A stretch of 64,000 nt of DNA from contig NC_043000.1 in NCBI RefSeq assembly GCF_006345805.1, positions 123,070,001 to 123,134,000 on the forward strand, read 5' to 3'. The stretch's first letter is position 1; each line of letters begins with the position of its first letter. The notes beneath the pieces are model-generated. The model saw nothing but the letters and a program-made list of their open reading frames with translations. It had not been told where the DNA came from and did not search any database. A program made the position numbers and the translations under genes. This DNA is from Octopus sinensis (Eukaryota). Positions 52,366 through 64,000 of this stretch are shown one piece after another.

Positions 52366-53884
52366 CCTCTCTCTTGCTCTCACTGTATATCTCCCTCAAC
52401 AACTTTTCCTCCTCTCCCTTTTACCCCTGAGATATATGGGGTAATTGGGGTTATTTCCCCTTTTGATTCCTCCCCTTCTTCCGTCTCTACATAGATGTTG
52501 TTATGGACAGACAGATGGAGATCAGCTTCTTTTATAATGTAAGATTAGATTAAATAATGTTTTACAATATTCATCCAGAGAGGGTTTCTTATTTTCTTCT
52601 TTGTTGGTATCCAAATTTGCAAATTAGTACAGTAATATCTCCCTTGACAAGGACCCACTTTACAAGACCCCAGGTTGATGGGTTTTATTTTTCAAGCACA
52701 GGATCCAAATTTTGAATGGAGTGCAAAAGTTTCCGCTACTATCAGGGTTTTTGGCATCCTGGGTAAGCTGAACTTCAACATGTACAAGCTGACAGTCGTA
52801 GAAATTTCCTTGTCTTTCTTATGCCCTCTTTGGTGCCCCAGGTGACTGCCTGAGTTGCCAGTACCTTGAACCAGCCCTGGCTACCATAAAAAATGCTTCT
52901 GTGTGTTACTGAGAAATTTATAGTGTGAAAAAAGCAAACATCTTTGGACTTGTTTTTTTAAAAAGAAATCTACAAGTCCATCTACGAGTGCTTGTGAATC
53001 GGCAACCACATCTACAAGTGATGGTGTGCAAGAGTCTAGTATGAGTGAAAGTGATTCAGAACACGATTATAATTTTTTTATTGTAAATGATCTTGACATT
53101 CTTTTTACTTCACATAAAATATTCTTTACATTCTACTGTTGTTTCATTGTCATTTATTTACAAGTATTATAAATTTTATTGGTAAAATAGTTTTCTGGAA
53201 ATGAATTACAATTTAAAACGTTGCTACTATGAGAAATTATTGCCCTGCTTTACAAGTTTTCACTTCATGAGCGATCTCCAGGAATAAATTAACTCATACA
53301 TCAAGGTATAACTGTACATACATTTAGGAACAAAATAAATTTCATTGTAGAAAATTCTTCCATTATTTCAATGCTTGGATTTCAGATCAGAATTTTATAA
53401 ATAAATTTTACTACAAATTGATGAATCCACTTAATGAATACCATAAGTATGGAATTTGTAGTGTTTTTACAAATTTAGATATGTTTAAAGAACTTATAGG
53501 AGAAGATAAATAGATTGCTGCTTTGGTAGTAGCGAAACTACTTCAATCATACTGAAAATATATGTCACAGCTATGTGACAATGAACAATGAATGCAAGAG
53601 AGGAGAGAGAGAGAGAATATGCTTATGTAGGGCCAGTGAAGAGAAACCCAAGAAATCCTTGCTAAGGCAACAGTATAATCATCAAATACTACAAAATTAA
53701 AAGTAATTTACTAAAAAAAAAATAAAGCTGTTTTAATCTCATGGAACCTGTTGTGAAGGTAGTAAAAAATTTCTACTGTGCAAAATATATCAATCTCAGA
53801 TGTTATGTACATTTTGGAAAAAATTTAAAATGATTAAACATAATTTAATGTATACATAAGTAAAATATTTGTTTCAAATTTTGA

Positions 53885-54068
53885 TACAAGACTAGCAGTT
53901 TTGGGGAAGTGGGGAAGTTGTTTACATCGAACCCAGCACCCAACTGATACTTATTTTATCAACTCTGAAAGAATGAAAGACAAAGTCAATCTCTTTAGAA
54001 TTCAAACTCAAGGCATGAAGACAGAGAAAATTTTTGCCTGATGTGCTAACAATTCTGTCAGCTGGTCA
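53885..54068 (-). mobile_element. SINE family B, CpG-decayed
   Basis: GAATGAAAGACAAAGTCAATCTC core and TTCTGTCAGCTGGTCAC head. Confidence 0.65.
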
Positions 54069-55506
54069 CTTTACACATAAGTAAGATATTATTTCTTATG
54101 TTGTATGGTTTTAAGCAAACAATGAGTTTCATTATATTCTGATTTGAAGCAATGGTGCCCATAAACTGTGTAAATGCTCCCAGAGAGAAGGGTTTTGAGT
54201 GCGACCGAGAGTTGTGGTGAAAGTAACTATATTAAAAGGTGACTGGAAAAAAAGATTGTTGAAGTGTTAACAAATATAAGCTCAATGAAGTTAGCTTAAG
54301 TACTTGAAAATTAATTCATTTGGTAATTATATACAACAAAATCAATTTTTAAGTCCTTTAATTTAAATAAAATATATACTGAATTTCATCTATTTTGAAT
54401 GAACCCTAACATGAAAGAAATTTTGAAAACCTAAAAATCTTTATGCTCTGTTGCCAGCACCATTCTACAAGTAAAGTCCAATATTTCTCCTTATGTGATA
54501 AATTTAAAATTGAAAATAATGAATTTTTTAAAAGCTCTTCAAGCTATATTACTCAAGTAACTTTAGAAATAAAATAAGTAAATAAATATAATAAAAATAA
54601 AATATTATTTATAAAGAAATTTCAAAGTATGGTATGAAAGAAAATATTGATTTTTATGTCACAATCAGAATTCTGAAATTAACTGATCAACTTTTTAAAT
54701 CAAAATAGTACATATTGGATTTTGAGTTAGGCATTTATCACACCTGCATTTCTTTTTATTGGGTTAACAGACAATTCTAAAAAGCATATTGATTGAATAA
54801 CTTAAAACCAAATTCCATTAGCTTACCACTGAAAAAATCAATAAGAGAATAAATAATATAATACAATGGACTGTGCTTGACACTTTCAAGAATATTTCAA
54901 TTATATCTTATTCTAGCATTAGAATTTAATAAGTAAAATACAAATTTTCATCACTTAGTAAGTGCTAATCCTAGCATTTAATGATAACATCAGTTTGAGG
55001 TCAGCTGAAACTCTGAGTGAACTTATGTCAGTTGACATATTTAAATATTAGCTCTTCATATATTTATTTGGGGGTAATTACAGGAATTAAACTAATAAAC
55101 AAAGATGTGTTTTTTAATCATTATAAAAGTAATTAGATTAATCATTGTTGGCTTTTATCACATGCTATTTGCTGCTGTAAATTCTAGCAGGGCAGCCTGA
55201 CTGTCAGGACCAAAATTTTAAATCATTAATAATTGGAAAGTTTTCTATATGCTCTGATTTGCGGCATTGTTCATGCTAAAAATCAAGCTGCTAAAGAGAC
55301 TATGTGATTGTGGCATACCAGTCTGCTAAGAAATATAAGAAGAGTAATATCGTGAAGAAAGCAAATAAATGAAATAGATATGAGGAAAATTTATCTTAAA
55401 TAGATGCAACAGAACCCATTTAGAAAGGCTGAAGGGACAGCTAAAAGTGACCTACACACTAAGTATTACTGATAAGAAATATAAATTCAATATTAATCAG
55501 GGTAAT

Positions 55507-55910
55507 TACTCTTTACTCTTTTACTTGTTTCAGTCATTTGACTGCAGCCTTGCTGGAGCACCACCTTTAGTCGAGCAAATTGACCTCAGGACTTATTCTT
55601 TGTAAGCCTAGTACTTATTCTATCGGTCTCATTTGCCGAACTGCTAAGTTACGGGGATGTAAACACACCACCATTGGATGTCAAGCAATGTTGGGGAAAC
55701 AAACACAGACACACGAACATATACACACACATACATATATACATATATACGATGGGCTTCTTTCAGTTTCTGTCTACCAAATTCGCTTACAAGGCTTTGG
55801 TCAACCCAAGGCTGTAGTAGAAGACACTTGCCCAAGGTGCCACACAGTGGGAATGAACCCAAAACCATGTGGTTGGTAAGAAAGCTACTTAACACACAGC
55901 CACTCCTGCA
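55507..55910 (-). mobile_element. SINE family A, full length
   Basis: Reverse complement of the 8910 copy. Confidence 0.88.
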
Positions 55911-56425
55911 CCTATATTATTATGATGATATATTTCTCAAATGGGCACAAGATCACAAAATTTCAGGAAGGAATATAGTTGTTTATATAAACTGTAGTAT
56001 TTCACTGATTCATTAACTCTTGAAGAATGAAAGGCAAAATCAGTACAGGTCAGATTTCAACTCAAAGCATGAAGAGACAACTAATATTGCATGTCATTTT
56101 GTCCACTATAGTGATTTCAGAATAAACATGATACTGAAAGTGGTACAAATACAGATATAGTAAACACAATGATGATCTCAAATGCAAAGACTGGCATTTT
56201 CAATTGATGAAAATTATCATCAAATGAATGCTAAATGTTAACATTGGAATGTAATTCAATTAAAATGCTCTTATTGTGGAGTATAATTTACATATCTGCT
56301 TCTTATGATAAACTAAAATGCTGACTTTTAACATGAAAATTATTTAAATAAAATGTAAAGTTACACTCAATTTTTAACTATCTAGTATGTATGCTAAACT
56401 ATTATTTTTTTATTTTTACTTCCAG

Positions 56426-56572
56426 AAAAGCCTATTGTGGAAGCTACTTTCACTGGAGTTGAGTACTTGACATACGATCTTTCAGGCAGAGGTGACTCTT
56501 TTGTTAGCAGTAAAGACAAGCTGACAATGTACTTCAAAACCAGACATGCCGATGGACTGTTATTCTATACAG
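56426..56572 (+). CDS. NRXN: Alpha-neurexin-like gene, next coding exon (start of LNS2)
   Basis: Pyrimidine tract + TTCCAG acceptor, 147 nt, phase 1-1, donor G|GTATAT. Spliced to 14303 it reads EKPIVEATFTGVEYLTYDLSGRGDSFVSSKDKLTMYFKTRHADGLLFYTG. This parallels the neurexin LNS2 start as I recall it (ATFxGxEYxxYDLS..LxFKT..GL.L.TG). Not in the ORF track. Confidence 0.92.
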
Positions 56573-57129
56573 GTATATATAAACACCATTTCCATTATGA
56601 CTAACTCAAGTATTACATGCTTAATAACAGAATCATAATCTACTTGCAAATTTCAAAACAAACTTAAATTGTTGGTGTACATTAGAATGTGTGTGTGTGT
56701 AATGTTTGCTTTTAAGGTAGAAGTCAACTTTGTTACATTCTCTGACAATGTAGAGAGGATTTTAATTCACTGTAATAATTAAAAATAGAATTTAAGTCAT
56801 GTGTATGTACACACACACATACACATGGTCATTGATTCATCTTATTAAACAAGCTAAACTATTTAATTGTACAAATTTATTTGTCTAAAACCAGCGTCTA
56901 ATACCTTTAGGTGAGTAGAAAACCATCTGCAAGTGATTAAATATTTTACTTTCATTATATGCATGCAATTAAAATTTTTACTTTTCAGAGATGAAGCTCT
57001 TTTTCTTTAATATTTATATGTACTCTATGTTTCAATTGACTTGATCTTCAATCATCACCTGGTCTCTTATTCCTTAGAACTATTTCTAAACTAATGTATA
57101 GGTGGTGTCATGGATAAGAGGGCTATTTA

Positions 57130-57483
57130 GTCATGTGAGATACAAGGCAATCTCCTTAGTGCTAGTCTATGGTAAAATGTACTGAGTACACTCTATAAAG
57201 TGGTTAGTGATCAAACATAATATAAGCTCAATAGGACTCTTTAATCATGTCAAAGGACATGACAATCTCTCTAGTGCTAGTGTCATGATAAAATGCATGC
57301 AATTCACTCTGAAAATGACTGATTGGAAAGTTATCCAACCATAGAAACCATGTGAAAACTGATATATTGGAGGAAAACATGGTCCATCTTGTAGGACAGT
57401 AACTTCAAATAATAACTAACTTGGACAATGGCAAACCATCCAATTCATACAAGCTTGGAAGATAGATATAAAATGATGATGAT
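57130..57483 (+). mobile_element. Heavily CpG-decayed RTE 3' end
   Basis: Ends CCATCCAATTCATACAAGCTTGGAAGATAGATATAAAATGATGATGAT, homologous to the 43455 element tail. Confidence 0.55.
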
Positions 57484-57842
57484 AACTATGAGCAACATAA
57501 AGTATTTTGAACAATTTATATTTATATCCATATTGCTTAAATTTTTTATGTTCTAACTGATTTTATCTTATATTTGTCTCCTCAGATATTGCATTAAATT
57601 GGTAGTCTTTGAATGTTAAAATATCTGGAAAACAGACTGGACTCATATTTAGCATATTAGAATTATGTAAATATGGGATTTAATATATTTCACATTTTAA
57701 ACAAATCATCATCATCATCATGAAAATATATATATTAGTAGTGCCCATCATAATACAGTCACTAAAAAAAAAATATGCTATATAACTGCTTGTTACATAC
57801 TTAATATAAAGTTTGTTCATTATTGTTTCTCTTATTAATGGT

Positions 57843-58010
57843 TGTGGGCTGGCAGAATCATTAGTGTACTGGAAAAACTACTTTGAGACATTTGTTCTGG
57901 CTTGTTACATTCTGAGTTCAGTTCCTGCCTAGGTCAACTTTTGCCTTTCATTCCTCTGTGTTCAATAAAATAAAGAACCAGGATTGATGGTATTGACTAA
58001 ACAACTTCCC
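57843..58010 (+). mobile_element. SINE family B, fully CpG-decayed
   Basis: GGGCTGGCAGAATCATTAG..GAGTTCAGTTCCTGCC..TTTGCCTTTCATTCC. Confidence 0.65.
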
Positions 58011-60565
58011 TTAAAATTGCTGGCCTTCTGATTAAATTAGTCAGTTGTTATTTCACTCATTTCAAGCTACCATTTAAGTGCAGCTAGATTTAAAACTTGT
58101 CTCTTTATATAGTAAATAGAATAAAAGTTAAACGTATAAACTAATCAAATAAAATGTTTAGCTATGTTTATTTTAAACAAATTAAATGAAGAGATATATG
58201 TTAGAAATTTGATATTTAATATTTCTAGCTCTATTTGAAATTAAATATTTTCAGTATTATTTTTATATCTATTTATAGAAAAATATAGATAAATATTACT
58301 CAGAATTATTTAAAATTATTAATATACACAAGCTGAAATTTATCTCATAGTAATAAATTTAGTTATCTGAAAATCTGCTATATAAATAATTTTAAAATTC
58401 AGAAAACATTGTACAGAAAAAGATATTAAAGAGCAAATAGTGAATGTAAAATAATCTTTATTATAGAAAGAGGACAGCTAAATTTTTTAAAAGAATTTTA
58501 CAAAATAAGTTTTGCCTTGCTTTTTACTATATTATTTTTACTATTCTTTTAAATTCATCTCTGGTATTTCCTTTCAGTTATACATATGACCAACAATATT
58601 TTGGTCTATTGTAGTGACTGAGACAATGTATATAACTTAATAAACACTTCTATTGCTCAAAAACTCTCTGTAATGATCTTACTATACATCAATTGAATAG
58701 ATATTCATATACCAATTAATCCCGTCTCCATATCATACTAATTCCATTTAAGTATATTTTAACAATTATAACTGCTGCTGTTGCTACTGCTGCTGATCAT
58801 GATGATGACATAATTACATGCAAACAGAACTATATAAAAACCTGCTATAAATTCTTTTAGCTTAGCAAAACATCTCTAATCTCTAGTGCTGGAGCCAAAA
58901 TAAAATGTATCTAATACATGCTACAAAGTGCAAGGTGAAGAAGACTCAGCATCCTCCCTAGAGTTGAGCCATGATAAAATATAGGGAATACAAAAGATAG
59001 ATAGTAAATGGTATGTAGATAGATAGATTGAAAGACAGACAGGCACATGAGTAGAAAAGTGGACAAGAGATAAAAATAAAAGTTAGTAGTTGTGAAAAAG
59101 TATGTGTTGCATTACATATCAATAATAATGAAAAGTTTAGCACAGAGAGACAACAAAGAAATCTGTATGCACATATATACATATATATGTATAAACTTTA
59201 TGGATATATGTATGTATGTTTGTATGAATGAATGAATGCAGGTATATGTATATGTGTGTGTGTGCATACATACACACACTTACACACATTATATAATATA
59301 AATGAAATGATAACACAGACAGACGACAAAGAATTTACAGGCAAAATGAAAAAACACCAACACAAGCAACTGCAAACATACTCTACCCCTCGTCATTTGA
59401 GAAGTAAATACCATCCCAGTTTTGACACTTTATGACAATATAGTTCAATTTGGTTGTATCAGTAACATGGAAGCTGCTGGGGCTTAGACATGGACATCAT
59501 GTTTTAACCAAATGATTAAACAAAAGGAGTTGTGAAGAGAAGAGAAAAATACAAAACAAAACAAACATTTATTTTTATACATAAAAACTCTTTGACATAA
59601 AGACAAAATTAAAACTAGTTGTTCATAGAGGAAAGATAGGATGCCTTTCAGCATCAAGGGAAAAAAGGAATGCAACAAGCCCAAACCTGAAAAAAATATG
59701 TAACTGACCAGTCCATTGGTCATTTTGAAAAAAAGATAGACAACAACATAAACAGGGAGTGGAAAGAGGAAGGCTTGTAGAGCTCTGTGGAAGAGGAGAG
59801 AAGTCAAAAATAATAGGTAAGTCAAAGGAAAGAGAGAAAATGAGAGAGAAGGAAGAGATAGAAGAATATAATAATAGAAAGACAGAAGAATACTGACAAT
59901 GATAAAAAGGTAGGGAGCAAGAGAAAATGCTAGAAAGGCAATTAGAAATAAACTACAGGCTAGGTAGATAAATAAAACATTAGAAAGGTAGATAGGGAGA
60001 TTTATAGATAAATAGTGGATACATGAGGAAGAAATAACTCGTAGTTAGGAAAAAGAGTATGTGTCATGTTACCAGTAAACAATAATGAAGCAGGTTGCAG
60101 AGAGGAATGACAAAAAGTATTTGGAAAAAAAATATTAATAAAAAAAAAACAAATTAACACCATCAAGCTCTATCCTTCTTCAGTTTATAAGTAAATATTA
60201 CTATTTTGACACCAACTGACAATATTGTTCAGTTTGACAGTATCAGTAAGTTGCTGTGGTGTAGGTGAGTGAATATGAAAAATTAACAAAGATAGAAAAA
60301 AATGTTTAAAGATGCTAATGAGAAAAAAAGTCTAACTGTTGGGAGGATTGAAAAAATACAATACAAGACAAATGTATATCTGTATATATGAAAAGTCTTC
60401 CAACATAATTATAAATTAAGAAAGGTGTGTGCAAAGCAACAGAATGAGGAAAGACAGTACATTTCAGCATTAAGGAAAAAGTGAATAAAGCAATATGATA
60501 TATATGTTTTTCTCTGTGTGTGTCTTCCCACACACAAACACACACACACACATATATATATGTTT

Positions 60566-61140
60566 TATTCCCTCTGCCTTAGCAAAGGCAGAGGTATTGT
60601 TTTCAGTTGTGTTTGTTTGTTTGTCCGTGGACAAGATATCTCAAGAACCACTGGATGGATTCAGATGAAACCTTCAGGGATGTTTGGCCACGTGACTGGC
60701 ACGAGCTGATTAGATTTGGAGATCAATCTAGTCCTAGACAAGGATACTTGATTATTTGTTATATTTACCTTACCTGATTACGATCTTTCAAGTCTTTCTC
60801 AATTATCTCCCTTTAGGCTGTAACTATTTTGAATGGTGAATTTGTTAACTTTGGCTTGTATTAGATAGGATAAACTATTTATTACTGATACTAAATTTTC
60901 TACAGCCACCTTCATATTCCATGACTACCATTGGGATCAATCAGGTACCAGACAAGGGTTCTGGATTAGTTTTCCGTTTTTTTTTACTTAATTTTTGAGA
61001 GTGGTCGGGTTAATTTTTAGTATTTTCGTTTGTGAGAGCAGTTGAATTTATTTCATTTTAAAAGTCTTCTCTGGCTAATCGTTGAGAGGATGTTGGTGTT
61101 GCCTTGGCAGCGGTTTGCCCTCTCTAAGTGCCCTTGTCTT
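60566..61140 (+). mobile_element. Non-autonomous element with 5' hairpin and (GTTT)n (DINE-1-like or CryptonV-like; class uncertain)
   Basis: Starts with the CCTCTGCCTT-AGCA-AAGGCAGAGG hairpin, then GTTTGTTTGTTTGTCC; ends CCTTGGCAGCGGTTTGCCCTCTCTAAGTGC. Confidence 0.6.
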
Positions 61141-61518
61141 TTATTTGTTTCAGTCATTAGATTGTGGCCATGCTGTAGACTGCCTTCAATTTTTAGTGGA
61201 ATGAATCAACTGCAGTACTTATTTTTTAAACCTGGTACTTATTCTGTCAGTCTCTTTTTGCTGAACTGCCTACTTACAAGTTGTCATGTTGTGATAGTGG
61301 GGAGGGGGGCAAACACAGACACAAAGATACAGACACACACACATATATGTATACATGATGATCTTTTAGTTTCCATCTACCAAATCCACTCACAAAGCTT
61401 TGGTCAGCCCAAGGCTATAGTAGAAGATATTTGTACAAGGTGCCATGCGGTCAAACTGAACCCACCACCATATGGTTGGGAAACAAAATTCTTAGCACAT
61501 AGCCACACCTGCACCTAC
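61135..61518 (-). mobile_element. SINE family A, decayed
   Basis: Head AGCCACACCTGCACCTAC and core CCCAAGGCTATAGTAGAAGA. Confidence 0.8.
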
Positions 61519-61591
61519 ACACACACACACATATATATACACACACACACAAATACACATATATACATACATATATATATATATATATATA

Positions 61592-61960
61592 TGAGCAAAA
61601 CGCCACCCACCCACCCGTCCAATGGACGGTGCTGAGTTGTCAAACATTTAAACCAAATTTTCTCAAAACAACTTGTCCAACTGTCCCATAGGCCTCCCCT
61701 TTGAGAAACACTGATTTAACCTAAATTTGAGACACCAGCAAAACAAGAAATAAAGATAGACTTTTTTCCATTCCAAGAAAAACAATTTCACATATGCACA
61801 TTCCCACGGCTTAATCGATTGCATTCTCACCTGGAATCAATTTTTGTAATTTCTTCAAGACATATACATGCCCTGATACATATCAAATTTGAGCGCAATC
61901 AGATGGAGGATGCTCAAGATCCTAGAAGACACACAGACAGAACGGATTTTATATAATAGA
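61592..61960 (+). mobile_element. Helentron-like non-autonomous element
   Basis: Ends ATCAAATTTGAGCGCAATCAGATG..CACAGACAGAACGGATTTTATATATAAGAT. Confidence 0.55.
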
Positions 61961-62057
61961 TATACACACGCACACACACACATATATATATATATGTAGG
62001 TGCAGGTGTGGCTGTGTGGTAAGAATTTTGCTTCCCAACCACATGGTGCTGGGTTCA

Positions 62058-62098
<41 letters not shown>

Positions 62099-62866
62099 TA
62101 TATATGGAAGACAAACGTTAAATGATGACAAGGACTATGTGATATATTATATTGTATATATATTATATATGTATTATATTATGATATAGATTGATAGATA
62201 GATAGATAGATAGATAGATACATACATACATAGATACATAGACAGATAGATAGATAGATCATTTCTCCATTACTACATGGGCATCTTTGCATCTATGGAT
62301 GTGTGCGTATAAATAAGCCCATATTATAATTTTAATTAAAAATCTGCCAGTTTTAAATTACTTCCATTTCAGTAGCAGGCAACAGCTATTCTGTAATGAT
62401 TGAATTAATTATATTAGACAGAGAACCATTTAACTTGTTTGAGAAAGAAAATCAATAAAATCAGTTGAACTCTTCTAGGATCGGTGTGCAGGAGAGAGGA
62501 AACACAAAAAAGATAGAAGTGATGAAAAGGAAAATCTAATACACATCATAATGAATGAAAACTGTTTGCTACATAATGTAGATATTTGTAAGAGATCAGT
62601 GTATCCTTTGTTTTACTACTGTACCTGTCTTATCTTTCTTGCATTTGCTTTCCTTTTATATACATACTTGCACATTAATCAACAAGAAAGGGATAATTAC
62701 TCATAAAAAAAAATTCATCAGTTTTGTTGCTTTAGATTATCTTGTTTCTTTGCTTGCTGCCTTTCCATTTACTTATTTTGAGAATTTGGTATCTTATATA
62801 TTCTTATTTTAATAAATATTTGTGATAAACTAAGATTACAATGCTTGCCTGTTACATAGATTTTAA

Positions 62867-63432
62867 GGATAAATGAGTGGTTAGTGAGAGCTGTACAAGC
62901 CATGTATAGGGATGCTGTCAGTGAAGTGAGGGTTGGCAACAAGTATAGTGATGAATTCTGGGTAGAGGTAGGAGTTCACCAAGGATCAGTCCTCAGCCCC
63001 CCTCTTATTCATCATACTCCTCCAGGCAATAGCAGAGAAATTCAAGAGAGCATACCCTTGGAAGCTTCTCTATGCTGAAGACCTTGCTCTAATAGCTGAG
63101 TCACTATCAGAACGAGAAGGAAGTTTCAGGTGTGAAAGCAAAGTCTAGAATCAAAGGGCCTTAGAGTCAATCTAGTAAAAACCAAATCACAAATTCCTTC
63201 AGGTACATGACCCTGCTCAATCTGTAGAAAAGGCATAGGTAGAAACTCCATAAGATGTGCCTGGGTAAGCTATGGACACTTAAGAGGTGCAGCAATATCA
63301 AAGGAAGGCTAACTGGGAAGATAGTTTTTGTGTGTGGCAAATACTCAGGGGTAATAAACACTGAAAATGTGCAGAGAACAGCTTCTGTCACATGTCAGGG
63401 GGAAAAACTAGAAGTAGTTGATACCTTTGGAG
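62867..63432 (+). mobile_element. RTE-clade LINE RT fragment
   Basis: EWLVRAVQAMYRDAVSEVRVG..VGVHQGSVLSP, then LLYAEDLALIAES..LESKGLRVNL..KT across frameshifts. Confidence 0.88.
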
Positions 63433-63489
63433 ATATGCTGTGTTTGAGAAGACACAGCAAGCCAAGTAAGACCATAACTGGGGTCTATG

Positions 63490-63876
63490 CCAGTCCAGCA
63501 TAACCGGCCCATTTAAGAGTACCCTTCTATCATTGGGCAATAAACTGTGCTTGCAAAGACCTGTTGAGTCAAGAGAAGTCAGTGTCATGGCAGATGCCAG
63601 TACCACCTGACTTGCACCTGTGTCAGTGGCATGTAAAAAGCACCATTCAAGCATGGTCATTGGCTGAGTCGCCTGACTGGCACCCATGCCGATGACATGT
63701 AAAACGCACCATTCAAGCATGGTTGATGCCAGTACCACCTGACTAGCCCTCATGACAGTGGCACATACAAAGCATACACACACACACACACACACACACA
63801 TGCACATATATACACACACATACAGTGGCATTAGGAAAAGGAATCCAGCTGTAGAAACTTTGCCAGATCAGATTGT
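63490..63876 (+). mobile_element. RTE 3' UTR with internal repeats, split by (CA)n
   Basis: Repeated GGCA(C/T)GTAAAAAGCACC-like units and AGGAAAAGGAATCCAGCTGTAGAAAC, reverse-homologous to 43455-43815. Confidence 0.65.
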
Positions 63877-64000
63877 ACTTATATATATATATATATATAT
63901 ACATACACACACACACAGATATGTTTATATATATATAGATGTGTGTGTGTGTGTTTATATTTACACACACATATACATATATATATATATACACACACAC

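Noticed and set aside
57586-57601. Small exon candidate after CTCCTCAG
   Set aside because: At 16 nt it shifts the frame, the donor is weak, and the peptide is unlike the expected LNS2 continuation.

Overview
AT-rich, microsatellite-dense eukaryotic DNA. The tRNA-derived SINE families look like those of Octopus/coleoid cephalopods (inference from recall). The window holds the 5' part of one + strand gene, an alpha-neurexin orthologue. A first coding exon (13583-14303: signal peptide, LNS1, EGF1) joins in phase 1 across a ~42 kb intron to a 147-nt exon (56426-56572, start of LNS2) that the ORF track misses. The rest is intron or upstream DNA filled with SINEs, LINE relics (CR1/Jockey-like, R4/Dong-like, RTE), Tc1 remnants, MITEs, Helentron-like elements and local duplications. 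Main discovery: the long intron contains several type I hammerhead-ribozyme motifs of the Penelope/retrozyme type. The two sense-strand motifs with an intact core (18689-18733, 28086-28171) each sit in the 3' arm of a near-perfect fold-back palindrome whose 5' arm would pair over them. The one unmasked intact motif (41111-41191) is antisense, and the one unmasked sense motif (39386-39427) has a core mutation. Also notable: a sharp CpG-depletion step at ~49 kb, just downstream of a diverged tandem array carrying a triplicated NRF1-like motif. All structures and counts were read by eye; no alignment, folding or database search was run.
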